Shown here piece after piece: positions 1 to 8,695 of a DNA stretch of 43,405 nucleotides; position 1 is the first letter of the stretch, and the number at the start of each line of letters is the position of its first letter. Under the pieces are notes generated by a model. The model did not search any database, was not told where the DNA came from, and saw only the letters and a program-made list of their open reading frames with translations. The translations under genes were made by a program, and so were the position numbers. Source of the DNA: Verrucomicrobiia bacterium (GTDB taxonomy: Bacteria; Acidobacteriota; Terriglobia; Acidiferrales; UBA7541); assembly GCA_035566475.1 (NCBI GenBank), contig DATMRE010000109.1:1-43405 (forward strand). The letters run 5' to 3'.

Positions 1-98
1 AACTCGCCCAAGTCTTTCCACGTCGTCCTGGCATACCAGGTCGCCAATCTGCCCTCGAGTGATATCCCGCGATAGGGTTTCCTTGTTGACTGAGTCAT
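1..98 (-). CDS. hypothetical protein, N-terminal fragment (continues past the left window edge)
   Basis: ATG at 98 has AAAGGAG 7 nt upstream. The frame stays open to position 1 (MTQSTRKPYRGISLEGRLATWYARTTWKDLGE...). It lies 20 nt after the stop of the upstream small membrane gene on the same strand. It is too short in-window to appear in the ORF track. Confidence 0.4.
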   Translation of the reverse strand, partial: MTQSTRKPYRGISLEGRLATWYARTTWKDLGE

Positions 99-117
99 AT
101 CCAACTCCTTTCATCTA

Positions 118-345
118 CTAGTTGGTCAAGGAGACGATGAGCCCCCAAACCAGAAGTCCCGCACCGACGCCGATGATGCTGTAGGGCAGGGGCTTCGATG
201 CGAGAAGTCCAATTCCATAACCGATGATTCCACAACCAGGGATAACGAGCAGGAAGGCGGCGGTTTTCGGGCCATTTCGTATCCAATGCCTCGTCATCTC
301 GGGGTCTTTTTCCGGGTGATATGTGTGGGACGTGGTTTCGATCAT
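118..345 (-). CDS. small membrane protein with two predicted TM helices, no family recognised
   Basis: 75-aa ORF with two hydrophobic stretches (AAFLLVIPGCGIIGYGIGLL and IIGVGAGLLVWGLIVSL). Its ATG overlaps the stop of the upstream PadR-like ORF (ATGA) and follows AAAGGAG, which fits translational coupling. Confidence 0.6.
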   Translation of the reverse strand: MIETTSHTYHPEKDPEMTRHWIRNGPKTAAFLLVIPGCGIIGYGIGLLASKPLPYSIIGVGAGLLVWGLIVSLTN

Positions 346-578
346 ACTTTTTTCTCCTTTCGGGCTAATTTAGGATGTCTTGCCGCTTTGCTCGCATCCA
401 CCTTTGACTTGAGCATGTTCTTTCGCAGTTCCGTCGGTCCGCCTCTCAAGCCGCCGGTATCGCGCTTGATGTCGGACAGCAAACCCTTAGAGAACCGTGT
501 AGAGCAAGCCTTGCGCCGCTCTCGGAGGGTAGTCGCCATCTCATAGGGATGCATGGGGCGCTCCCACAGGAGCAGCAC
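342..578 (-). CDS. PadR-like winged-helix transcriptional regulator, short and divergent
   Basis: GTG-initiated 78-aa ORF. Its N-terminus LLLWERPMHPYEMATTLRERRK matches the helix-turn-helix start typical of one PadR subfamily (..ERPMHPYEM..LRER.K). The C-terminal half is Lys/Arg-rich and I cannot recognise the usual wing (GRRPERTVY-like). A stop lies directly upstream of the GTG. Confidence 0.45.
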   Translation of the reverse strand: MLLLWERPMHPYEMATTLRERRKACSTRFSKGLLSDIKRDTGGLRGGPTELRKNMLKSKVDASKAARHPKLARKEKKV

Positions 579-608
579 TTGTTATCCTGCATCGAGTATC
601 TGGTTCCT

Positions 609-628
609 TATACTCGTATACAAGTATA
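609..628. promoter_or_regulatory. near-palindromic operator candidate TATACTCGTA|TACAAGTATA
   Basis: 20-bp inverted repeat with 9 of 10 positions matching per half-site. It can also be read as three (T/G)TATAC hexamers at 8-bp spacing. It lies 31-50 nt upstream of the PadR-like GTG, in the divergent spacer to the SnoaL-like gene. Confidence 0.4.
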
Positions 629-724
629 CAACAATAAACGAGGACGTCAAGCGCCAGCGCTGCTGTGCCCGACTCGAGCGGCACTCTGCTTGCGGGAAGT
701 GGCGTCTCGGCGTATGTTCACTCG

Positions 725-1120
725 ATGAAAGGAGACGAACAAGTCATCCGCGATCTGATAGCAGCCTGGCAACGTGCTACGGCAGAAGGCAATCTGTCGA
801 GACTCCTTACCTTGATGTCGAACGATGTCGTCTTTCTCACCGCCGTCCAACCGCCCATGTCCAAAGACGCCTTCGCAGCAGCCTTCCAGGCAATGCTTAC
901 GCACGTGCGCATCGAATCTAATTCCGAGATCAAGGAAATCCGCGCGTTCGGCGATTGGGCTTATTTGCTGGAGTCACCTCTCGGTCAGCGTTACACCGCG
1001 CAAGGAGGGCAAGCCCGTCGACCGCGGCGGGTACACCCTCTCAATTTTCAGCCCGATGGCGCATGGAAACTCGCTCGCGACGCGAACATGCTTGCCGTCG
1101 AAACCTCGGCTTCCGACTGA
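725..1120 (+). CDS. SnoaL-like/DUF4440 (NTF2-fold) protein whose central segment is read out of the family frame
   Basis: N-terminus MKGDEQVIRDLIAAWQRATAEGNLSRLLTLMSNDVVFL and C-terminus QPDGAWKLARDANML fit this fold family. The family-like middle (CWSHLSVSVTPRKEGKPVDRGGYTLSIF) is encoded in the +1 frame at 969-1052 (see findings). ATG 725 is chosen over the GTG at 665. Confidence 0.6.
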   Translation: MKGDEQVIRDLIAAWQRATAEGNLSRLLTLMSNDVVFLTAVQPPMSKDAFAAAFQAMLTHVRIESNSEIKEIRAFGDWAYLLESPLGQRYTAQGGQARRPRRVHPLNFQPDGAWKLARDANMLAVETSASD

Positions 1121-1129
1121 TGCCGCCAG

Positions 1130-1606
1130 ATGCTCATGGAACTGAATGAGTCTACGTTGTCGCGCCTCAGATCACAGCTGACGGTCTTGCCGCTAATTCT
1201 AGGTGACGCCACGACCGATGCGCTGCAACGGAGGCCGGCATTGGGGAAGTGGTCAGTGCATGAGAACCTCGCCCACCTCGCTCGGTACCACGAAGTGTTC
1301 ATCGGTCGTCTTAAACGGATGCTCGTCGAGGAAGCACCGAATGTGGGAAGGTACCAAGCCGAAGAAGACCCAGACTGGTGGCAGTGGCCAGAAAGGTCTC
1401 CAGAAGACGTGCTTGGCAGGCTGAAGGCGCTCCGAGCCGACCTCGTTCAACTCGTTGAGTCCCTAGAGGACTCTCAACTCGCGCGCGTAGGAGTGCACCC
1501 GCTGCTGGGTCCCATGCCGATCCCGCTTTGGCTTGAATTTTTTCTGTTGCACGAGGGACATCACCTCTACACGATCATGAAGTTCCTACCGAAGAAAACC
1601 GGCTGA
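1130..1606 (+). CDS. DinB-family (DinB_2-like) protein
   Basis: 158-aa ORF. Spaced histidines typical of the DinB four-helix bundle are present (WSVHENLAHL ... LLHEGHHLY). Confidence 0.8.
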   Translation: MLMELNESTLSRLRSQLTVLPLILGDATTDALQRRPALGKWSVHENLAHLARYHEVFIGRLKRMLVEEAPNVGRYQAEEDPDWWQWPERSPEDVLGRLKALRADLVQLVESLEDSQLARVGVHPLLGPMPIPLWLEFFLLHEGHHLYTIMKFLPKKTG

Positions 1607-1814
1607 CAGTGTCCGTACCGAGAACACCGCCGGTTCAAATAGGCAGAGTCTACGATCATTCGAGTTATTCGGAAAATCACAGTTGCTGAAATCTGGCTTC
1701 GGAATTTCTGTGAAGTATTGTAGATTCTCCCCGTGCCGGACAGGAGATATTGTTCGAGACGATGATGCAGTCGGATTTTCGATTGGCAATGACTAACGAT
1801 TGGGGAGGATAACC

Positions 1815-2348
1815 GTGGCTGCTCCGGTTCGTCGCGTCGTCACGGGGAAAGATGCGACAGGGAAAGCAATCTCAATCATCGATGCAGTGGCCGCCAACGT
1901 ACACGTGCGCCCGGAAACAGGAATTACGAATACGGTCCTTTGGGTCACCGATCACGCTCCGGCCGATCTTTCCGATTCAGTCGACGCCGGCGGCCAAAAG
2001 GTTGGTATTGTGCCTCCACCGAACGGCACGATCTTCAGAGTGATCGAGTTGGCGCCGGAAAAGGACCTGAAGAGCGACTATGAGACCAGGCTCGGCCTCG
2101 TCCGGGGTCTCGGTCTCGCGCCGGAAGGGCCGTCGCGTGAGCATCCCCGAGATCCGGGCATGCACCGAACGAAGACGATTGACTACATTGTGATTTTGTC
2201 AGGCGAGGTTCGAATGCTACTGGACGATACCGAGATTCACTTGAAGGCGGGCGACGTGGTCGTGCAACGCGGCACCAATCACGCTTGGGTGAATCGCGGA
2301 GACGAGCCATGTAGGATCGCTGTCGTCCTGGTAGACGCCACGGACTGA
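1815..2348 (+). CDS. cupin domain protein
   Basis: The C-terminal beta-barrel signature GDVVVQRGTNHAWVNRGDEPCRIAVVLVDA is present. GTG at 1815 lies 6 nt after GGAGG (1804-1808) and is preferred over the TTG at 1800. Confidence 0.75.
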   Translation: MAAPVRRVVTGKDATGKAISIIDAVAANVHVRPETGITNTVLWVTDHAPADLSDSVDAGGQKVGIVPPPNGTIFRVIELAPEKDLKSDYETRLGLVRGLGLAPEGPSREHPRDPGMHRTKTIDYIVILSGEVRMLLDDTEIHLKAGDVVVQRGTNHAWVNRGDEPCRIAVVLVDATD

Positions 2349-2632
2349 TTTTGCAGCTCGAGCAACGAAGCGGCAAACTGAGAAGTTTCCGTTTCGGGAA
2401 GTTTCCCACCCGTCGTGAGCATGTCCATCGGCCGAGCGCATCCAAGCGAACTGGAATCGCGAGGTCACTTCGGCCGTTCGGCCTGAGACCATTGACCCTT
2501 GCGGTATGGTGCCAATTTGATTTCTGTTTTTCGCAAGAAGCAGAGCCGACGGGAACAACGAGACATGATGGACAGCCGGGGATCGAGATACAATTCGACG
2601 ATTCGTGGCGGATCGATGGGAGGAGCGACACA

Positions 2633-3142
2633 ATGCCCCGCGAACTGAGGATCAAGGTGAACGAGCGATTGTGGACGGTCGCCGCCACTCCGGATACGCC
2701 GCTCTTGTATGTGCTTTCAAACGAACTACTCCTCCGTGGACCGCGGTTCGGCTGCGGTCTCGCCCAGTGCGGCTCCTGCTCGGTGCTTGTTGATGGCATC
2801 GAAATCCGCGCCTGTGTGACGCCGGTTGCGACTGTCGAAGGCAAATCGGTGACGACGCTCGAGGGGCTGGCGGTGTGGTACGCGAAGCAGAATGGACTTT
2901 CAAAACCTCCCGCGCTGCACCCCGTTCAGCAGGCATTCATCGACGAACAGGCGCTTCAGTGCGGCTACTGTTACAACGGCATGATCATCAAGGCCGCCGA
3001 GCTCTTGTCGAAAGTCCCACGACCGACCGAAACGCAAATCCGCTCCTCGATGAATGGCCACCTGTGCCGATGCGGGACGTACCCCCGAATCACGAAGGCG
3101 ATCGAGCGCGCCTCGCGAACGGTGTCGGGGGTGAGCAGATGA
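2633..3142 (+). CDS. (2Fe-2S)-binding small subunit of a molybdopterin aldehyde/isoquinoline oxidoreductase (IorA-like)
   Basis: Both cluster motifs are present: GCGLAQCGSCSV and QCGYCYNGMI...LCRCGTY. ATG 2633 follows GGGAGGAG. Its stop overlaps the next start (ATGA). Confidence 0.9.
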   Translation: MPRELRIKVNERLWTVAATPDTPLLYVLSNELLLRGPRFGCGLAQCGSCSVLVDGIEIRACVTPVATVEGKSVTTLEGLAVWYAKQNGLSKPPALHPVQQAFIDEQALQCGYCYNGMIIKAAELLSKVPRPTETQIRSSMNGHLCRCGTYPRITKAIERASRTVSGVSR

Positions 3143-5388
3143 GTCCCGTTTTCGGCGCTACGGAGTTTCCCCGTCGCGATTTGCTGAAGGCCGGGGGGGT
3201 GCTGATCATTGGCTGCATTCTCGCCGGAGCGTCGTCCGCTCAGGTCGAGGTGGATGCTGTAGCATTCGCCGCCGGCCCGGACCAGCCCGATCTGAAGCGG
3301 CTGGACACGTGGATCGCGATGCACGCCGATAACACCGCGACGATATTCATTGGCTTCGTCGAGCTCGGTCAAGGCTGCTCGACAGCGCTGCTCCAGATCG
3401 CGGCCGAGGAGCTCGATCTGGACATGCGGCAGGTCAAGTCGGTCCGGCTGGACACGAACCTGACGCCCAATCAGGGAGCTACGGCGGCAAGCGCGTCGAT
3501 CAGCAGGGGCGGCCCGCGGATTCGGGCAGCCGCCGCCGAAGCACGACTCGCTCTTCTCACGCTTGCGTCCAAAAAGTTGAAAACGCCGGTGGAGCGGCTC
3601 TCCGTGTCGCGAGGAATTGTGTCGGTCGTCGACAACCCGAAACAGTCGGTCACCTACGGCGAACTCGTAGGTGACAAGCCGTTCAACGTGCCGTTCACCG
3701 GTAGAGCCCCACTGAAACCGGCCAGTGAATACAAACTCGTCGGTACGCGGGTTCCGCGCAACGATCTACCCGACAAGGTCAGTGGCAAATATGTCTACAT
3801 GCAGCATGTGCGAGCGCCTGGCATGCTGCATGGCCGTGTGGTACGCCCGCGCGGCCAGAGCGCCTACGGAGCCGGAGCGAAGGTGATGAACATCGAGGAA
3901 AGCTCCATCCAGAACATCCCGGGCGCCCGGATTGTACGCCGGAACGATTTCGTCGGCGTCGTCGCTCCGCGCGAGTGGGACGCAATCCTCGCCGCCCGGC
4001 AACTGAAACTGACCTGGGACACGACGCCTCGACTGCCGGGTAACTCCGGCCTCCATGAGCAGATGCGCGCGGCCAAGACGATCGATCTGGTCGTAAAAGA
4101 GAGTGGTGATGTGGCACCGGCGTTCGAACGGGCCGCGCACGTCGTCTCGCAGACCTACCGTGGTCCTTACCAGTCGCATGCACCGTTCGGCCCGAACTGC
4201 GCGCTCGCGCAGGTCACTGCAGATTCCGCGCTGGTTATGTGCTCGACGCAAAACGCCTACGAAACGCGCGCGGACCTCTCGCGTCTGCTCGGAATACCCG
4301 TCGGCAAGGTGCGGGTTCAGTACTACGAAGGCTCTGGAACTTTCGGCCACAGTTGTTACGACGACGCAGCGCAGGCGGCCGCGATCATGTCTCAAGCGAC
4401 TGGCAAGCCGGTCCGCGTTCAGTTCATGCGTTGGGATGAACACGGGTGGGACAACTACGGCCCCGCGCATCTTGCTGAGATACGCGCCGGCATCGACCGG
4501 GACGGCAAGATCGTGGCGTATGAATACCACGGCTGGCAGCATACCTGGATCGCCACGGAAACCTCCGAGCAGCTGGCCAGCGGGACCCCGGCTCGCGAGA
4601 CTTCCGGACCCGTGGCGCAGGTGCTCACGCCGTTCAATTTGGGTTCGATGTACGACATTCCCAACGTGCGGCTGGTGAATCACCGGGTGCCGGGAATAGA
4701 TGGATACCTCAAGGGGTCGTACCTGCGCTCGCCATTGGACATCTCTGTTTCCTTTGCCTCGGAACAGACGATCGACGAGCTCGCTTATCTTGCGGGTATC
4801 GATGCGTTCACTTTCCGGCAACGCAACATCACGCATTCGCGCTGGCTGGGGGTTCTCAATGCTGTCGCCGAGGCCGCCCACTGGACACCCCGAAGGGCCG
4901 CCTCGAACCTTTCGGACGCAAAAGTGGTGACTGGACGTGGAATCGCGGCCGGCACCCATCTCACGTCGTATGGCGCCGCGGTCGCCGAGATCGAGGTGAA
5001 CAAGGAGACGGGTCAGATCCTTGCACGACACATGTACGGCGCGCTCGACGCCGGGCTCGCCATCAATCCGGGGTTCGTTGAAAATCAGATCAGTGGAATG
5101 CTGATTCAGGCCACCAGTCGAATCCTGAAGGAAGAGGTGACGTTCACGGACACGAACGTCACGAGCCTCGACTGGAACGGCTATCCGATCCTGCGGTTCG
5201 AAGAATACCCCGAGGTCACCCCGATCGTTGTTCAGCGCATGGATCAGAAATCGACCGGCGCGGGCGAGGAGCTGACGGGTCCTGCGGCGGCGGCGATCGC
5301 GAACGCTCTTTTCGATGCGACCGGCGTGCGGCTCCGGGAATATCCGATGACTCCCGATCGCGTTCACGCTGCGCTCGGTCGCTCTTAG
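3139..5388 (+). CDS. molybdopterin-dependent oxidoreductase large subunit (IorB-like) with a Tat-type signal
   Basis: Starts MSPVFGATEFPRRDLLKAGGVLIIG, a twin-arginine-like signal. It is about 750 aa with aldehyde-oxidase/xanthine-dehydrogenase-type blocks (e.g. GTFGH, STGAGEE) and is translationally coupled to the 2Fe-2S subunit. The ORF-track extension back to 2875 overlaps the small subunit and is discarded. Confidence 0.9.
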   Translation: MSPVFGATEFPRRDLLKAGGVLIIGCILAGASSAQVEVDAVAFAAGPDQPDLKRLDTWIAMHADNTATIFIGFVELGQGCSTALLQIAAEELDLDMRQVKSVRLDTNLTPNQGATAASASISRGGPRIRAAAAEARLALLTLASKKLKTPVERLSVSRGIVSVVDNPKQSVTYGELVGDKPFNVPFTGRAPLKPASEYKLVGTRVPRNDLPDKVSGKYVYMQHVRAPGMLHGRVVRPRGQSAYGAGAKVMNIEESSIQNIPGARIVRRNDFVGVVAPREWDAILAARQLKLTWDTTPRLPGNSGLHEQMRAAKTIDLVVKESGDVAPAFERAAHVVSQTYRGPYQSHAPFGPNCALAQVTADSALVMCSTQNAYETRADLSRLLGIPVGKVRVQYYEGSGTFGHSCYDDAAQAAAIMSQATGKPVRVQFMRWDEHGWDNYGPAHLAEIRAGIDRDGKIVAYEYHGWQHTWIATETSEQLASGTPARETSGPVAQVLTPFNLGSMYDIPNVRLVNHRVPGIDGYLKGSYLRSPLDISVSFASEQTIDELAYLAGIDAFTFRQRNITHSRWLGVLNAVAEAAHWTPRRAASNLSDAKVVTGRGIAAGTHLTSYGAAVAEIEVNKETGQILARHMYGALDAGLAINPGFVENQISGMLIQATSRILKEEVTFTDTNVTSLDWNGYPILRFEEYPEVTPIVVQRMDQKSTGAGEELTGPAAAAIANALFDATGVRLREYPMTPDRVHAALGRS

Positions 5389-5989
5389 GCCAGACTCGCC
5401 TCCTCACGATCCAACCGCTGGCCTCTTTTATCAATTCGTCTTACCGACCCGGCCATCGGTCCAGGGAGATCTTCGACCTGCACTGTACCGTGTTCACGGT
5501 GTCGGGCAAACCCGGGGAGGCTCCGTTGGCTGCAATCGCGCCTACCGCGGGAAGCGATCTCGCGACCCGCTGCCATCGACCGAAGCGTATTCGTCTCATC
5601 CCTTGGATACCGATGGATACCGACCTCCGCCCCAGAATTCTCCCCCTTGGATCTAGACGCGGACTCCTCTCCACCTTCAACCGCTCGTCGGGCACACGTC
5701 GCACAACTGAGGCCTTGCTCGCAGGCTATGCCTGTCGTCTGGTGACGCGCTCCGGCTGTTGAATTAAACAGTTTCAAATGAGCAGATGTTGACTCTGAGT
5801 GTCCTTCGTCAGATGCAAGTTCCCGGTTCCTTGCGCGGCGCGACGCTACCCCCATAGAATCGCTTGCGTGACACTGCTCGCGTGCCTCTCGCGTGCCGGC
5901 TTGACGCGCACGCGCACCCGTGAGAGTGTCATGCGCGGGCCCGGAGACCCTCGGAGGCTCTGGTCCTCTAGATTCAGCGATTGCTGCCT

Positions 5990-8695
5990 ATGCGTCCCTC
6001 GCAAATTCGCAACCTCGTCGGGATGGCGGTGCTGTTGCTCATCGCGATCCGGGTGGTCACGACGGCCGCCAATTTCATCATCGAATACAACTGGTGGCGA
6101 GAGGTCGGACAAGCCAGTACGTGGATCAGCATGCTGTGGTACAGCATCGCTCCAGCCACGGCGGGCGCCGTGGTGGCCTTCATCGCGCTATGGGTGGCCC
6201 ATGCGAGGGGGTTGCACTTCACCGGCGTCCGCCGGCGGGATTTTCGCTTCTACTCCCGCGCTATCGCCGTGGGACTTGCGTTGGTGGCGATCATATTCGC
6301 CTCGGCCTCGATTGACAATTGGACGGTCATGCGCTTCTTCGGTTCGCGGGGAGTCACTCTCGCTGCCGGCGCCTGGAAGGATCCGCTTTTTTCGCGCACC
6401 CTGCCGTTCTACTTGTTCGATCTGCCTTTCTATTCAGAACTGCTCGGGTTTGTCTTTGTTCTGGCGATTCTCTCGGCCCTGGTCTTCTGGGCCACTGCCC
6501 GAGGGTGGCAGCTGGCCGAACGTCTTCGCCTCGATCGGCTGAGCGGCAAGTCAACTCTTGATTTGGGGCCCCAAACACTCCTGCTGCCCGGCGCGGGCCG
6601 CTCGGGCTTTGTCCGCGCCATCGCCGTGATTCTGCTCGTTGGTTTGGCTGCCTGGGTCTTTCTCGGCAACTACGAACTTCTATTTAACTCTCACGCCTTC
6701 ATGACGGGCGCCGATTACGTGGATGAAAAGGTTACCCTCCCTCTGCGCTGGTTCCTCATTGTTGCCGCTCTCGCGGCGCTCCCGTTGGTCTGGACGTTGA
6801 GATACATGAAGGCATTCGTTCTTGTGATGGGCTTCTTCATCCTGCAGCTGGTATTGCCGGGCATCGTTAGCGCCGTCTATGTGCGACCGAATGAGATCTC
6901 GATCGAACGGCCGTACATCGAGCGCCACATCCAGGCCACTACCGATGCCTTCGGACTGAATCGCCGTTCGACCGAACGCCCCTTCGCGGTTTCCGGACAG
7001 GAGAAGGTCGATGCTGTGCAGGATGCCACGCTTCTCGATAATATTCGCCTGTGGGACCTGCGCGCCTATAAAGCAACCATCACTCAGATCCAGGCATTAC
7101 GCCCGTATTACACTTTCCCCGATACGGACGTTGATCGGTATATCATCAACGACCGCATCAAGCAGGTCTTGCTTTCCCCGCGCGAAATTGACGTCAACCA
7201 GTTGTCTGCCGAGGCCAGTCAAAGCTGGATCAATCCACGGTTCATTTATACGCACGGCTTTGGCGTCGTCGTATCGGAGGTCAACAAGATTACGCCCGAC
7301 GGTCTGCCAAGCCTGCTCATCGAGAACGCCCCTCCTGAAGTTAAATCTCCGGGATTCAGACTCACGCGACCAGAGATCTACTACGGCGAGAGCACTCAGG
7401 ATCCAGTGTTTGTTCATACCGCCCGCGAGGAATTCGATTATCCCTCCGGCGACCAGAACAAATATTCGACCTATGGGGGATCGGGAGGCTTTCCTGTTCG
7501 CTCCCTTCTACAGAGAACTGCTGCCGCGATATCGCAGGGCGAGCCGAACGTTATTTTCACGGGCTATCTGACCGGACAGAGCCGCATGATGATCTATCGC
7601 AATGTGAAGGAAAGATTGGCGCATCTGGCCGGCTTCCTGCACTGGGACCCGGACCCTTACCTCGTGATCTCTGACGACGGGAAGCTGGTTTGGATGGTGG
7701 ACGGCTACACGACGTCTCTCTCCCATCCCTATTCGGCGACGTTACCGGTAACCGGGCTTGAGGAGGAGGCCAATTATATTCGCAATGCGGTGAAGGCTAC
7801 CGTCGATGCCTACACGGGGGAAATTTCCTTGTATGTATTTGATCCGAGCGACCCCATCATCGAGGCTTTCGAGACGTTGTTCCCGAAACTATTCCGCCCT
7901 GCTTCCGAGATGCCCGCCGACCTGCGCCGACATGCCCGCTATCCGGAGGTTCTATTCCGCACGCAGGCTGAGGCCTACCGCATTTTTCATATGCGTGATC
8001 CGCAAGTGTTCTACAACAAAGAAGATATATGGGAGATCGCGCATAGCCTGTCGAACCAGTCCGGACAACCTACCCCGATGCAGCCGACCTACGTCGTGGC
8101 AACCTTGCCAGGCGAGAAGGAACCGGAATTTCTGCTGATCCTGCCTTTCACCCCGAGGGGCAAAGACAATTTGATCGGGTGGATGGCTGCCCGCTGTGAC
8201 GGGGATCAACTAGGAAAGCTGGTTTATTTTCAACTCTCGAAGCAGCAATTGGTGTACGGCCCCATGCAAATTGAGTCGCGCATTGATCAGGACCAGAACA
8301 TTTCCAAGGATCTGAGCCTGTGGAACCAGCAAGGCTCGCGCGTTCTGCGCGGAAATGTCATTGCTTTGCCGGTGACTCACGGCTTCCTCTACGTCGAGTC
8401 CATTTACATCCAGGCGAACGAAGCCCGTATGCCACAGGTCAAGAAGGTCGTACTGGCCATGGGCGACCGGCTGATCTATCGAGATACGTTCGATGAGGCT
8501 CTGGCCGAGCTAACGGGCACTCCTGTGCTCGCCGCGGCCGCCGCACCGGCGGTTAAATCCACTCCTGCGGCGCCTGAGGCGGTCACCGCGAAAGATCTAC
8601 CCGCACTTGCCGAACGCCTCAGCCATCTTCGGGAGCAGGCCGAACGACTGGCTCGGGACCTTGACACGCTAGAAAAAGAAACACGCAAGAAATAG
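5990..8695 (+). CDS. UPF0182 family large membrane protein
   Basis: About 900 aa. It has an N-terminal multi-TM region followed by conserved blocks I associate with UPF0182: ERPYIERHIQATTDAFGL, NIRLWD, VDRY, SWINPRFIYTHGFGVV, VWMVDGYTTS..HPYS, NYIRNAVKATVDAYTGE, LRRHARYPE.LF. The start is uncertain (ATG 5990 or TTG 5981). Confidence 0.85.
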   Translation: MRPSQIRNLVGMAVLLLIAIRVVTTAANFIIEYNWWREVGQASTWISMLWYSIAPATAGAVVAFIALWVAHARGLHFTGVRRRDFRFYSRAIAVGLALVAIIFASASIDNWTVMRFFGSRGVTLAAGAWKDPLFSRTLPFYLFDLPFYSELLGFVFVLAILSALVFWATARGWQLAERLRLDRLSGKSTLDLGPQTLLLPGAGRSGFVRAIAVILLVGLAAWVFLGNYELLFNSHAFMTGADYVDEKVTLPLRWFLIVAALAALPLVWTLRYMKAFVLVMGFFILQLVLPGIVSAVYVRPNEISIERPYIERHIQATTDAFGLNRRSTERPFAVSGQEKVDAVQDATLLDNIRLWDLRAYKATITQIQALRPYYTFPDTDVDRYIINDRIKQVLLSPREIDVNQLSAEASQSWINPRFIYTHGFGVVVSEVNKITPDGLPSLLIENAPPEVKSPGFRLTRPEIYYGESTQDPVFVHTAREEFDYPSGDQNKYSTYGGSGGFPVRSLLQRTAAAISQGEPNVIFTGYLTGQSRMMIYRNVKERLAHLAGFLHWDPDPYLVISDDGKLVWMVDGYTTSLSHPYSATLPVTGLEEEANYIRNAVKATVDAYTGEISLYVFDPSDPIIEAFETLFPKLFRPASEMPADLRRHARYPEVLFRTQAEAYRIFHMRDPQVFYNKEDIWEIAHSLSNQSGQPTPMQPTYVVATLPGEKEPEFLLILPFTPRGKDNLIGWMAARCDGDQLGKLVYFQLSKQQLVYGPMQIESRIDQDQNISKDLSLWNQQGSRVLRGNVIALPVTHGFLYVESIYIQANEARMPQVKKVVLAMGDRLIYRDTFDEALAELTGTPVLAAAAAPAVKSTPAAPEAVTAKDLPALAERLSHLREQAERLARDLDTLEKETRKK

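Noticed and set aside
2351-3138. Long N-terminal extensions of the ORF-track entries 2351..3142 and 2875..5388.
   Set aside because: The extensions have no protein-like features or overlap the preceding gene. Internal ATGs at 2633 and 3139 have good SD sequences or ATGA coupling and give canonical N-termini.
3766-5367. 533-aa ORF on the minus strand, opposite the molybdopterin subunit. Similar long antisense ORFs occur at 9164-9913, 16647-17303, 32603-33727, 34490-35629 and 38857-39747.
   Set aside because: These are typical shadow ORFs of GC-rich DNA. Their composition is Arg/Gly/Pro/Ser-rich and they have no motifs. Each lies fully inside a gene with strong family signatures on the other strand.
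5385-5855. 156-aa minus-strand ORF (plus 5490..5762 on the + strand) in the iorB/UPF0182 spacer.
   Set aside because: Low-complexity Arg/Ser/Gly-rich translation, no SD and no recognisable domain. I treat the region as non-coding.
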